From NCBI GenBank assembly GCA_965220565.1, contig CBDCQG010000001.1:462030-526029 (forward strand): a DNA stretch of 64,000 nt, given 5' to 3'. Position numbers and translations under genes: made by a program. Source of the DNA: Dehalococcoidia bacterium. GTDB taxonomy: Bacteria; Chloroflexota; Dehalococcoidia; UBA6926. The notes below the pieces were generated by a model. That model was given only the letters and a program-made list of their open reading frames with translations, was not told the origin of the DNA and ran no database searches. Shown here one piece after another: positions 48,210 through 56,852 of the stretch. Each line of letters starts with the position of its first letter. Position 1 is the first letter of the stretch.

Positions 48210-48971
48210 ATGATCACCGTCTTTTCGCTCACCCTCCGCCAACTCACCGGCACGCGCCGGCAGGTCATTCTGTGGCTCTTTGCGCTCCTGCCGTTGGCTT
48301 TCGCCATCCTCATCCGTTACCTCACGGATGATTACGTTGACGTGATCCTCGGGCCTGCTATGAGTCTGCTCCTCATTCCTGTTGTCCTGCCCCTCGTTGT
48401 TGCAATCCTTGCGACAACCGCGCTTGGCGAGGACGTGGAAGACCGTACGCTGTCCTACATCGTCCTGAGACCCGTCCCCCGTTGGCAGATCATTGCGGCC
48501 AAGTATGCTGCGGTCGTCATTCTCGCCGCCGTCCCGCTGCTTCTGCTGGGCGCGGCAACCGCCGCCGTGGCATTCATCGGCGACCTCAACGGTGAATCGG
48601 CCTTCGATTATGAGAGCGTCGTCAAACCAATCATCGGAATCGTTGCGGGCCTGGCCATCGGTGTCCTCGCCTATGCGGCCGCCTTTATGTGGCTCGGCCT
48701 GATCTCCGGGCAAGCACTCGGTATCGCCATCGTCTACGTCTTCGTCTGGGAGGGCGTTGCCGCCGGCATCTTTGGAGGCATTAGGTACCTGAGTGTTCGG
48801 AGTTATAGCATCACCACCATGAAAGAGATTGGCGGAGACTCGCTTGACCTGGTCGGCGCTATCGCCGGCTCGGAGATTGCCCTTAATGTTGCGCTCGGCA
48901 GCGCAGCAGCCGTCGTCGTCGCCTTCCTTGCCCTCACCCTCATCCAACTCCGCAACATGGACGTCCCCTGA
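48210..48971 (+). CDS. ABC-2 type transporter permease
   Basis: 253 aa, 6 hydrophobic segments. Confidence 0.65.
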   Translation: MITVFSLTLRQLTGTRRQVILWLFALLPLAFAILIRYLTDDYVDVILGPAMSLLLIPVVLPLVVAILATTALGEDVEDRTLSYIVLRPVPRWQIIAAKYAAVVILAAVPLLLLGAATAAVAFIGDLNGESAFDYESVVKPIIGIVAGLAIGVLAYAAAFMWLGLISGQALGIAIVYVFVWEGVAAGIFGGIRYLSVRSYSITTMKEIGGDSLDLVGAIAGSEIALNVALGSAAAVVVAFLALTLIQLRNMDVP

Positions 48972-49000
48972 ACCCAACCTGACATTTCCGCCCCGTGCCC

Positions 49001-49030
49001 GTCATTCCCGCGAAAGCGGGAATCTTGATC
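49001..49030. repeat. dispersed hairpin repeat, family 1
   Basis: GTCATTCCCGCGAAAGCGGGAATCTTGATC. Confidence 0.7.
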
Positions 49031-49130
49031 TACATGTCTCAGCCAAGTCTCACTTTGCCCGTGTGCCAACCGCTAACCCCTGATTTCCCCTATCATTCCC
49101 CTATAGAAATCTACCCAATCGGAGTTCCAT

Positions 49131-50492
49131 ATGCCTTTCGACACACTCATCCGCGGCGGCGACGTTGTCCTGCCGTACAGCGGAGTTCACCGCCTCGATC
49201 TCGCCATCACGGACGGGCGCATTGCTGCCCACCTCGGCCCGAACACTGACGTAGACGCCAATGAGGTCATCGACGCCGCCGGCAAGGTCATCCTCCCCGG
49301 CGTCATCGATCCCCACACGCACCTCAACCTCGGTGATGCCGAGACCGCCTTTGAGACCGAAACACGCGCCGCCGCCCTCCACGGCATCACCACCCTTATC
49401 CACTTCCTCATGTCCAACGACCCGTATGAGGCCGAGTACAAGCAATACCGCGAGTGGGGCGACTCCCAGAGCCTGATTGACTACGCTCTCCATGCGATTA
49501 TCTCGACCCGGGACCAACTGGCGGAGGTCGACAGGTATATCGACGAATTCGGCATCGGCAGCTTCAAGTTCTTCATGAGCTTCCGCGGCGAGGAGGGCGC
49601 CTACATTGGCCTGCCGCCAATCGATGACGGCCTGATGTACGAGCTGCTGGAGAAACTCGGCCAGCGCCCCGGTACCGTCCTCTGCGTCCACACGGAGAAC
49701 ATCGAGGTCGTCTGGTCGATCCGAAAACGTCTCGAAGAATCGGGCCGTGACGACCTCAAGGCGTGGCATGAGTCGCGTCCGCCGTTCACGGAGGCGGAGG
49801 CCGCCGTCCGCGTCATGCTCTTTGGGCGTGAAACCGGCTCCACGCCATACATCGTTCATACAACGTCGGCGGATACTCTCGCAGCCGCCCGCGCATTCCG
49901 TCGCGACGGCGGCAGCATCTACATCGAGACGTGCCCGCACTACCTCTCCCACACGTATGAATCCCTGGTCGGTACCTTCGGCAAGCAGAACCCGCCCCTT
50001 CGCAGCCCTGAGGACCAGGACGCGTTGTGGGAGGCCATCGCCGACGGCACGGTCGACACCATGGGTTCAGACCACGCCGCCCGGTTGGGCGACCGCAAAC
50101 AGGGCACGATCTGGAGCGCGTCGCCCGGCCAGCCCAACATGCCCATGCTCTTGCCCGTCATGCTCAATGATGGCGTCCTCGCTCGCGGACTCCCGCTTGA
50201 GCGTGTGGCGGAGGTGACGTCCGCCAATGTCGCGCGCATATTTGGCATGTGGCCGCAGAAGGGTTCTCTGCAAGTCGGCGCGGATGCCGACATCGCCATC
50301 GTTGATATGGACGAGACCCGAACCGTCACCGCGGCGGGCCTGCAGGGCCGCGCCGACTACTCCATCTATGAGGGCATGTCCTACACCGGCTGGCCCGTCC
50401 GCACCCTCGTCCGCGGAAAAACAATCACTGAAAACGGCAAAGTTGTAGCATCTGGGGGTGACGGTCGGTATATTTATCGTTCAGTGGGGTAG
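49131..50492 (+). CDS. cyclic amidohydrolase (dihydropyrimidinase/hydantoinase/allantoinase family)
   Basis: 453 aa; metal-binding VIDPHTHLN, carbamylated-Lys region, HTENIEV... Confidence 0.8.
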   Translation: MPFDTLIRGGDVVLPYSGVHRLDLAITDGRIAAHLGPNTDVDANEVIDAAGKVILPGVIDPHTHLNLGDAETAFETETRAAALHGITTLIHFLMSNDPYEAEYKQYREWGDSQSLIDYALHAIISTRDQLAEVDRYIDEFGIGSFKFFMSFRGEEGAYIGLPPIDDGLMYELLEKLGQRPGTVLCVHTENIEVVWSIRKRLEESGRDDLKAWHESRPPFTEAEAAVRVMLFGRETGSTPYIVHTTSADTLAAARAFRRDGGSIYIETCPHYLSHTYESLVGTFGKQNPPLRSPEDQDALWEAIADGTVDTMGSDHAARLGDRKQGTIWSASPGQPNMPMLLPVMLNDGVLARGLPLERVAEVTSANVARIFGMWPQKGSLQVGADADIAIVDMDETRTVTAAGLQGRADYSIYEGMSYTGWPVRTLVRGKTITENGKVVASGGDGRYIYRSVG

Positions 50493-50521
50493 GCCGACGA
50501 ATCCGGCCAAAGGGGGCGCTC

Positions 50522-52933
50522 ATGTCAGGTCCACTGTCGCATCTGCGAGTTGTCGATGTTACCGCATCGCTTGCCGGAGCCTACGCCGCCCGCCTCCTCG
50601 GTGAGTTGGGCGCGGACGTTGATCGCGTCCGCCGCATGAGGGATCTCTATGTCCGCCTCAAGGGACGGGAGATGCCGGAGTGGGATCCGCTCCTGCATCG
50701 CTCCCTCAACGCCAACAAGTCTCACCGCTCTGACACCGACGCCGAGACTGTCACGCCCGAATCCCTTTTGGCCGCGTTGGACGGACAGAATGTCCTTGTT
50801 GAGGACGTTGGGATGTTCGACGGCGATAAGCCCTTCCTTGATTGGGATGCCGTTCACGCTCGCTACCCTCATCTGTCCGTCGTTTCTCTGACACCCTATG
50901 GCAAGGACGCTCCATTGGCCGATCTGCCGCCAAGCGACCTCGCAACGTGGGCGCTCTGCGGCATGGCGTGGACAACCCCGGGCCCGCCCGACACCACCTT
51001 TGATCTCCCTGAAGAGCCCCCGCTCATGCCCACCGGCGCGTCCGTTCCCTCGCTCATGGCCGGGGCGGTCAGCGTCGTGGGAACACTCGCCACGTTGTAT
51101 GCCGACTCCGGCAGCGGCAACGGCACGGGGCCGGGAGTGACCGGCACGCGCATCGAGATCTCTGAACTGGAGGCCATCACCGCCCTCAACTACCATCCCG
51201 TCACACAGCGCGAATACCTGGAATACGTGCTTGACCGCGGCCCCAACATCCTTGCGCGGCAGCCGAACTGCTACATCCCATGCAAGGACGGCTACATCGT
51301 CATCGTCGCCATGAGCCCCCGCCACTGGGAGCAGTTCGCGGAGGTCATGGGCAGCCCGAAGTGGGCATACACCGAGGACTTTGACGACGGCACGAAGCGC
51401 GCCATGAACTGGGACGCCGTCAGCGTGCTCATGACCAACTGGACGATGGAGCACACTGGCGAGGAGATCACCACTCAACTGCAGGCCCGGAACATTCCCG
51501 CGTTCTGGGCAACCTCTCTTGAGGAGGTCATAACCCACGAACACGTCAAGGCGCGGCGCTACATCCGCCACGTAAAGGCACAGGACGGACAGGAGATCCC
51601 GTTCACCGGCGCGCCGTTCATCCTCACCGGCTACCCGCGGAACGAGGACGGCAAGCCGGAAGCCGATGGCTCTGTCCCCGCACCAACGTCTGTGAACGGC
51701 GCTGCTGCGTCGCACATGGGCTCAACGCCCAGTCTCCCGCTTGCGGGCCTCCGCGTCGTTGATTTCGGTCAGTACATCGCGATCCCGTACTGCGCCAAGT
51801 GGCTCGCCGCCCTCGGCGCGGACGTGATCCAGGTGGAAAGCCGTGAGAATCCCGCCGATTTCCGCAACTCCCCGCCGTTCGCCGGTCAGATTCCGGGCAT
51901 GAACCGCGCAGGCGCGTACAACACCCTCAGCATGGGCAAGCGCGCCATCCCCATCAACCTCCGCACCGAAGAGGGCAGGGACGTTGCCCGCCGACTGTGC
52001 GCGACGGCCGACATCGTGCTCGAGAACTTCTCAACCGGCCTGATGGAGCGATGGGGGCTTGGCTACAGCGACATCGCGCCGCTCAACCCGCGCGTCATCT
52101 ACACGTCCGTCGCCGCGTTCGGCAGGAGTGGCCCGCTCAAGGACTACAGCGGCCTCCACAGCATCATCAACGCCTTCTGCGGCCTCGCGGACGTTACCGG
52201 ATATACGGACGGCCACCGCCGGCTGCTCGGCTCCTACTTCCCGGATGTCGTGTCCGCTACCTACGCCACCATGGCCACGCTGACGGCCCTCCACGACCGC
52301 AAGCGCACCGGCATGGGACATCACGTCGACGTCGCGATGACCGAGGCCCTGATGACGCTCATCACGGAACCGATGGTCGCTCGCGCCATCGGCAGCTACG
52401 AACCCGTCCGCGACGGCTCGCATCACCCGTTCCATGCGCCGCACAACGTCTATGCAACGAGCGGCGATGACCAATGGATCGCCATTACGGCCCGGACCGA
52501 CGCCGAATGGGCCGGCCTGTGCGGCATCATTGATGGCCTTGCCAACGATGATCGTTTTGCCACACCTGAATCCCGCAAGCAGAACGAGGCCGCGCTGGAT
52601 GAGATCATCGCGGCATGGGCGGCATCGCGTGACAAGTACGAGACGGCCGACCAACTGGCCGGCGCGGGCGTGTCCGCCGCCCCGATCCTCGACCCGCTTG
52701 AAGTTGTCGAGCACCCGCATCAGCGGGCGCGCGGCTTCTTCGCCACGATTGACCACCCGGAGGCCGGTCCACGCCGAACGGCCAAAGTGCCCTGGCAGGT
52801 GAACGGCGAGTACGCGGGTGAACTGCGCCGCGCCCCTATGCTCAATGAGCACACGGACGCCATCCTCACCGAGATCCTCGGCATCGGCCAGCAAGAGACG
52901 CAGGAACTGGTAGCCGCCGACGCCCTGAGATAA
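50522..52933 (+). CDS. fused tandem CoA-transferase family III protein (two CaiB/BaiF-like domains)
   Basis: 803 aa; domain 1 LSHLRVVDVTASLAGAYAARLLGELGADVDRV; domain 2 LAGLRVVDFGQYIAIPYCAKWLAALGADVIQVE. Confidence 0.75.
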   Translation: MSGPLSHLRVVDVTASLAGAYAARLLGELGADVDRVRRMRDLYVRLKGREMPEWDPLLHRSLNANKSHRSDTDAETVTPESLLAALDGQNVLVEDVGMFDGDKPFLDWDAVHARYPHLSVVSLTPYGKDAPLADLPPSDLATWALCGMAWTTPGPPDTTFDLPEEPPLMPTGASVPSLMAGAVSVVGTLATLYADSGSGNGTGPGVTGTRIEISELEAITALNYHPVTQREYLEYVLDRGPNILARQPNCYIPCKDGYIVIVAMSPRHWEQFAEVMGSPKWAYTEDFDDGTKRAMNWDAVSVLMTNWTMEHTGEEITTQLQARNIPAFWATSLEEVITHEHVKARRYIRHVKAQDGQEIPFTGAPFILTGYPRNEDGKPEADGSVPAPTSVNGAAASHMGSTPSLPLAGLRVVDFGQYIAIPYCAKWLAALGADVIQVESRENPADFRNSPPFAGQIPGMNRAGAYNTLSMGKRAIPINLRTEEGRDVARRLCATADIVLENFSTGLMERWGLGYSDIAPLNPRVIYTSVAAFGRSGPLKDYSGLHSIINAFCGLADVTGYTDGHRRLLGSYFPDVVSATYATMATLTALHDRKRTGMGHHVDVAMTEALMTLITEPMVARAIGSYEPVRDGSHHPFHAPHNVYATSGDDQWIAITARTDAEWAGLCGIIDGLANDDRFATPESRKQNEAALDEIIAAWAASRDKYETADQLAGAGVSAAPILDPLEVVEHPHQRARGFFATIDHPEAGPRRTAKVPWQVNGEYAGELRRAPMLNEHTDAILTEILGIGQQETQELVAADALR

Positions 52934-52965
52934 GGGGAACGCCAACTGGCACAGGGGCCGATCAG

Positions 52966-53775
52966 ATGACAACCCTCATCGGCGTAGACTTCAGTGGGTC
53001 GCAGGCCGACAACGCCACGTGGATCGCAATGGCCACCGTTGGTGACGATGGCGGCATCGATTGGCAAACCCCGTTCCCCATCCGCCGCGCCGATCTTGAA
53101 CAACTGCTGCTGACCATTGAGGGCCCCGCTGTCGCCGCGCTGGATTTCCCCTTCGGACTGCCGGTTGACTTTGCCGTCACGCAAGGTTTCATCAGGTGGG
53201 GCGAGGGCCAGATGGACTCCTGCGACCGCACGGCGCAGATTTCCCAGGCCGAATTCGAGCAGGTTGCGCGGGAGTATGTTGCCGCGTATGGGGAACCCCG
53301 CCGCGCCAGCGACGCAGCGCCCGCCTTCTCACCCCTCCACACCACCAACCCCAACATGGTTCCCATGACTTACCACGGCATGAGGATGCTTGGCCGCATC
53401 CTCGCTCGTGCCCAGGGCCGATTCCACATCCCGCCCATCCCCGCCAATGCCGCAAATTGGGACGTGACTCTCGTGGAGTTGATGCCGGGCCAGCTGCTGC
53501 GTGCCAGGGGCGACTCGGGCGTCGGCTACAAGAACGGCGACAACAACCTCCAACGCCGCCACCAGATCCTCTCAATCGTTGAAGAGTGGATCGGGACAGA
53601 ACTCCCTGAGCACGTTCGCCTCGCGTGCCGTGCCAACCACGATTGCCTCGATGCCGTCGTGAACCTGGCGGGCGCGCTCCAATGGCATCGCGACCCCGGC
53701 GCTTTCGACCATCCCGATGATGTCCAACGAGGCTTCGCCCACGACGAAGGCTGGCTCTACACCCTCCGCCCTTAA
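52966..53775 (+). CDS. DUF429-domain protein (RNase H-like fold)
   Basis: 269 aa; N-terminal LIGVDFSGS characteristic of DUF429. Confidence 0.6.
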   Translation: MTTLIGVDFSGSQADNATWIAMATVGDDGGIDWQTPFPIRRADLEQLLLTIEGPAVAALDFPFGLPVDFAVTQGFIRWGEGQMDSCDRTAQISQAEFEQVAREYVAAYGEPRRASDAAPAFSPLHTTNPNMVPMTYHGMRMLGRILARAQGRFHIPPIPANAANWDVTLVELMPGQLLRARGDSGVGYKNGDNNLQRRHQILSIVEEWIGTELPEHVRLACRANHDCLDAVVNLAGALQWHRDPGAFDHPDDVQRGFAHDEGWLYTLRP

Positions 53776-53780
53776 CCCTC

Positions 53781-53871
53781 CCGTCATTCCCGCTGTACTC
53801 CGCCATTCCCATACACACGCCGTCATTCCCGCCCCCCTCCGTCATTCCCGCGAAAGCGGGAATCTGAATCA
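53781..53871. repeat. tandem cluster of family-1 repeat half-copies plus one full copy
   Basis: CGTCATTCCCGC x3 partial, then GTCATTCCCGCGAAAGCGGGAATCTGAATC. Confidence 0.7.
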
Positions 53872-53964
53872 CATTCCGCCTTCCCACATACCCAAACAGG
53901 GGGTTGACAGGCTCAGAGAGTCCTCTATGATATAGAACATTAGTTCCATACAAGGAGGCCCGCC

Positions 53965-55304
53965 ATGCTCATCAAAAGCACTCCGGACGTCTACGAGAAG
54001 CTCCGCCACCTTGGCGGAATGGCCACCGATGATATCCTCTCGCCGGCCGAGCGGTCGGACGGGATCACGCGGCCGGGTGTTGGCGGGGAACGCGTGGGCC
54101 CGCGAGGCGGTGCAACTCCTCATGCCGGCGTCTACAAGGCCGCCATGCCGAACGGCAAACGCATTTCATTGATGCGCGTGATGTTCACCGATCACTGCAT
54201 CATGGACTGCCACTACTGCCCCAACTCCCACTGGGTCCCGCGCAGGCGCTACGGGTTCAAGGTGGATGAACTCGCGCGGCTGTTCAATGAGATGCACCAG
54301 CGCCACATGGTTGACGGACTCTTCCTCAGCTCCGGGATCTTCAAGAATCCCAACGCCACGCAGGAGCGCCTGCTCGATGTGGTGGACGCGGTCCGCTCTC
54401 GCTACGGATTCCGCGGCTATGTTCACCTGAAAGTGATGCCCGGCACGAATGACGACTCGCTCCTGGAAGCCAGCCAGCGGCTCGGCGCGCGCCTCTCCAT
54501 CAATATCGAGTCGCCGTCGCCGAACACCTCCGCAAAGTCAGCAAGATGAAGGACTTTGACAAGGGCATCATCGACCCGATGGGGCGCATCAGCGACCTCA
54601 TGCAGGAGAAGTACGGCGGCGCGGTCGGCCAGGCCACGCAGATGGTCGTCGGCGCGGCGGATGAGTCGGACTGGGACATCTACAACCGGATGACGAGCCT
54701 CTACGGAAACTACGGGTTCAAGCGCGTCTACTACTCGGCGTTCCGCCCCGTCAGGTACACGCCACTGGAGGAGCACCCCGCAACGCCGCCCGCGCGGGAG
54801 CATCGCCTCTACCAGATGGATTGGCTGTCGCGCATCTACGGCTACGACTCCGAGGAATTGCGCCCCGCCTTCAGCGACGAGGGCTTTCTTGACACGCGCA
54901 CCGACCCGAAGCTCATGATCGCGATGACCAATTTCGAGCGCTTTCCGGTGGACGTAAATCAGGCGACCGAACAGGAACTGCTGCGTGTCCCCGGTGTCGG
55001 TCCGTTGGCGGCCAGCCGCATCATCGGGCAGCGGCGCGAGCACTCAATCACACAGACCAGGGAACTCAAGGCGATGGGTGTGGTGATGAAGCGCGCGCTT
55101 CCGTTCCTGCGCTTCCCGGGCCACAAACCCAGCCCCGCCAAGCAAGCTGAGATGCCCCTCTTCCAGGAGCAGCCCGCGTCTCCCCTCATCTCGGCGAAAG
55201 CCGGAACCCGGCCATCCAGACGCACGATGGAACTGCACAACGCGTCGGCGGCCAACTGCTCCACGTGCCCCCTCAACCCCGGCACCTGCGGCATGGCAGC
55301 GTAA
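53965..55304 (+). pseudogene. putative DNA modification/repair radical SAM protein (TIGR03916-like) interrupted by a frameshift
   Basis: ORF 53965..54549 has CIMDCHYC radical-SAM cluster motif and stops mid-domain; ORF 54546..55304 in another frame continues the core (QMVVGAADESDWD) and ends with HhH (LLRVPGVGPLAASRI); frames switch within 54500-54548. Confidence 0.55.
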
Positions 55305-55308
55305 CAAG

Positions 55309-55340
55309 GATGTCATTCTGAGCGCAGCGAAGAATCTGAC
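55309..55340. repeat. dispersed hairpin repeat, family 2
   Basis: GATGTCATTCTGAGCGCAGCGAAGAATCTGAC. Confidence 0.7.
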
Positions 55341-55417
55341 AACTCGCCCCAACCCCGCGTGTGTTACGATTTCTTTACGTTTTGAATACGATCTCTGTCC
55401 TCATGGCTTACAGGTAG

Positions 55418-56779
55418 GTGTTCCGACTAAGAAGCGGCAGTCGATTCAATCCCAGCCAGGTCTTCTTCGGCTGGTGGATTGTATTGGGCGCGTTCCTTAT
55501 CCAGGTTCTCAACGGCGGGCTGTTCTTCCAGGCGTTCCAGGTCTACTTCAACCACCTCCTGCTGGAATTCGGGTGGACACGACGGCAGATAGCTCTGGCA
55601 TTCACCCTCGCGCGCGCCGAGAGTGGCGTTCTTGGCCCGTTCCAGGGCTGGCTGGTTGACCGGTTCGGGACGCGCCGCGTTCTCCAGGTTGGCGTGCTGC
55701 TCTATTCCGGCGGTTTCTTTCTCTTCGCGAACATCGAGGAACTCTGGCAGTACTACGGCGCGTACCTGATTATCTCCATTGGATCGAGCCTCGGCGGGTT
55801 TATCACCATCAACGCCGCCATCGCCAACTGGTTCGACAAGAAACGATCCCGCGCGATGGGACTGGCCGCCGTTGGATGGGGGGTATCCGGCTGGGCGGTG
55901 CCGGCCGTCGTCTTCGGGATGGACGCGTTGGGGTGGCGTGGTCTCGCCATGTGGTCCGGTGTGATCGTCCTTTGTCTTGGCTTGCCTCTGACCTTCCTCT
56001 TCAGGCATTCTCCTGAGCCATACGGCTATTTGCCGGACGGCGAAAAACCGGACAATGGCGGCCGGGAGGAAGACGGAATTCCTGCGACGGCGCGGCCGAT
56101 TCTCAGCCTGGTTGCACGGGGATTCACTGCCCGTGAAGCGCTTAAGAATCCGTCCTTCTGGTTCGTTTCCTTCGGTCACGCCAGCGCGATGTTTGCCGTT
56201 TCGGCCATCAATGCCCAGTTCATTCCATATCTTGAGGAAGACCTGGGCATATCGAGGGCAACCGGAGCGTGGATCTATACCTTCTTGACCACAATCATGA
56301 TCGGCGCACAGCTGGCGACAGGATTCCTCGCGGAGAGGGTCGAGATGCGACTCATCATCGTCGCCTGCATGTTTGGCCACACGCTCGCCCTTATCCTGCT
56401 TGTCCTGCCCACGGGAAATCCGGAATACGCCATCCCGCTGCTGTTAATGTTTGCAGTCGTTCAGGCCCTGTCGTGGGGATTCCGGGGGCCGCTGATGACG
56501 GCAATTCGCGCAGAGTACTTTGGCCGAGGCTCCTTTGCGACGATCATGGGATTCTCCTCGCTTGTCGTTCAGGCCGGGACGATGTTTGGCCCCGTGGTGG
56601 CAGCGGAATTCAAGGATGTATTTGACTCGTATGCCGGCGCGTTCATCCTCATGGCTTTCGTCACAACCGCAGGCGCGTTCCTGTTTGCCGCGGCCCGCAA
56701 ACCGCCCCTGCCTCCCCGTTCTCCGGATGAGATGGTCGAAGGAGAACGCGGCGACTCAAATGTCTACGCGGCCCACTAA
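55418..56779 (+). CDS. MFS transporter
   Basis: 453 aa; 12 TM segments, G..DRFGTRRV motif. Confidence 0.8.
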   Translation: MFRLRSGSRFNPSQVFFGWWIVLGAFLIQVLNGGLFFQAFQVYFNHLLLEFGWTRRQIALAFTLARAESGVLGPFQGWLVDRFGTRRVLQVGVLLYSGGFFLFANIEELWQYYGAYLIISIGSSLGGFITINAAIANWFDKKRSRAMGLAAVGWGVSGWAVPAVVFGMDALGWRGLAMWSGVIVLCLGLPLTFLFRHSPEPYGYLPDGEKPDNGGREEDGIPATARPILSLVARGFTAREALKNPSFWFVSFGHASAMFAVSAINAQFIPYLEEDLGISRATGAWIYTFLTTIMIGAQLATGFLAERVEMRLIIVACMFGHTLALILLVLPTGNPEYAIPLLLMFAVVQALSWGFRGPLMTAIRAEYFGRGSFATIMGFSSLVVQAGTMFGPVVAAEFKDVFDSYAGAFILMAFVTTAGAFLFAAARKPPLPPRSPDEMVEGERGDSNVYAAH

Positions 56780-56852
56780 CCCCAAACTTGAGCGTCTCCC
56801 CCGCGTGGGATAGTCTGAACACAGAAACGTAAACTCCCGGGAGGTTTCGGAC

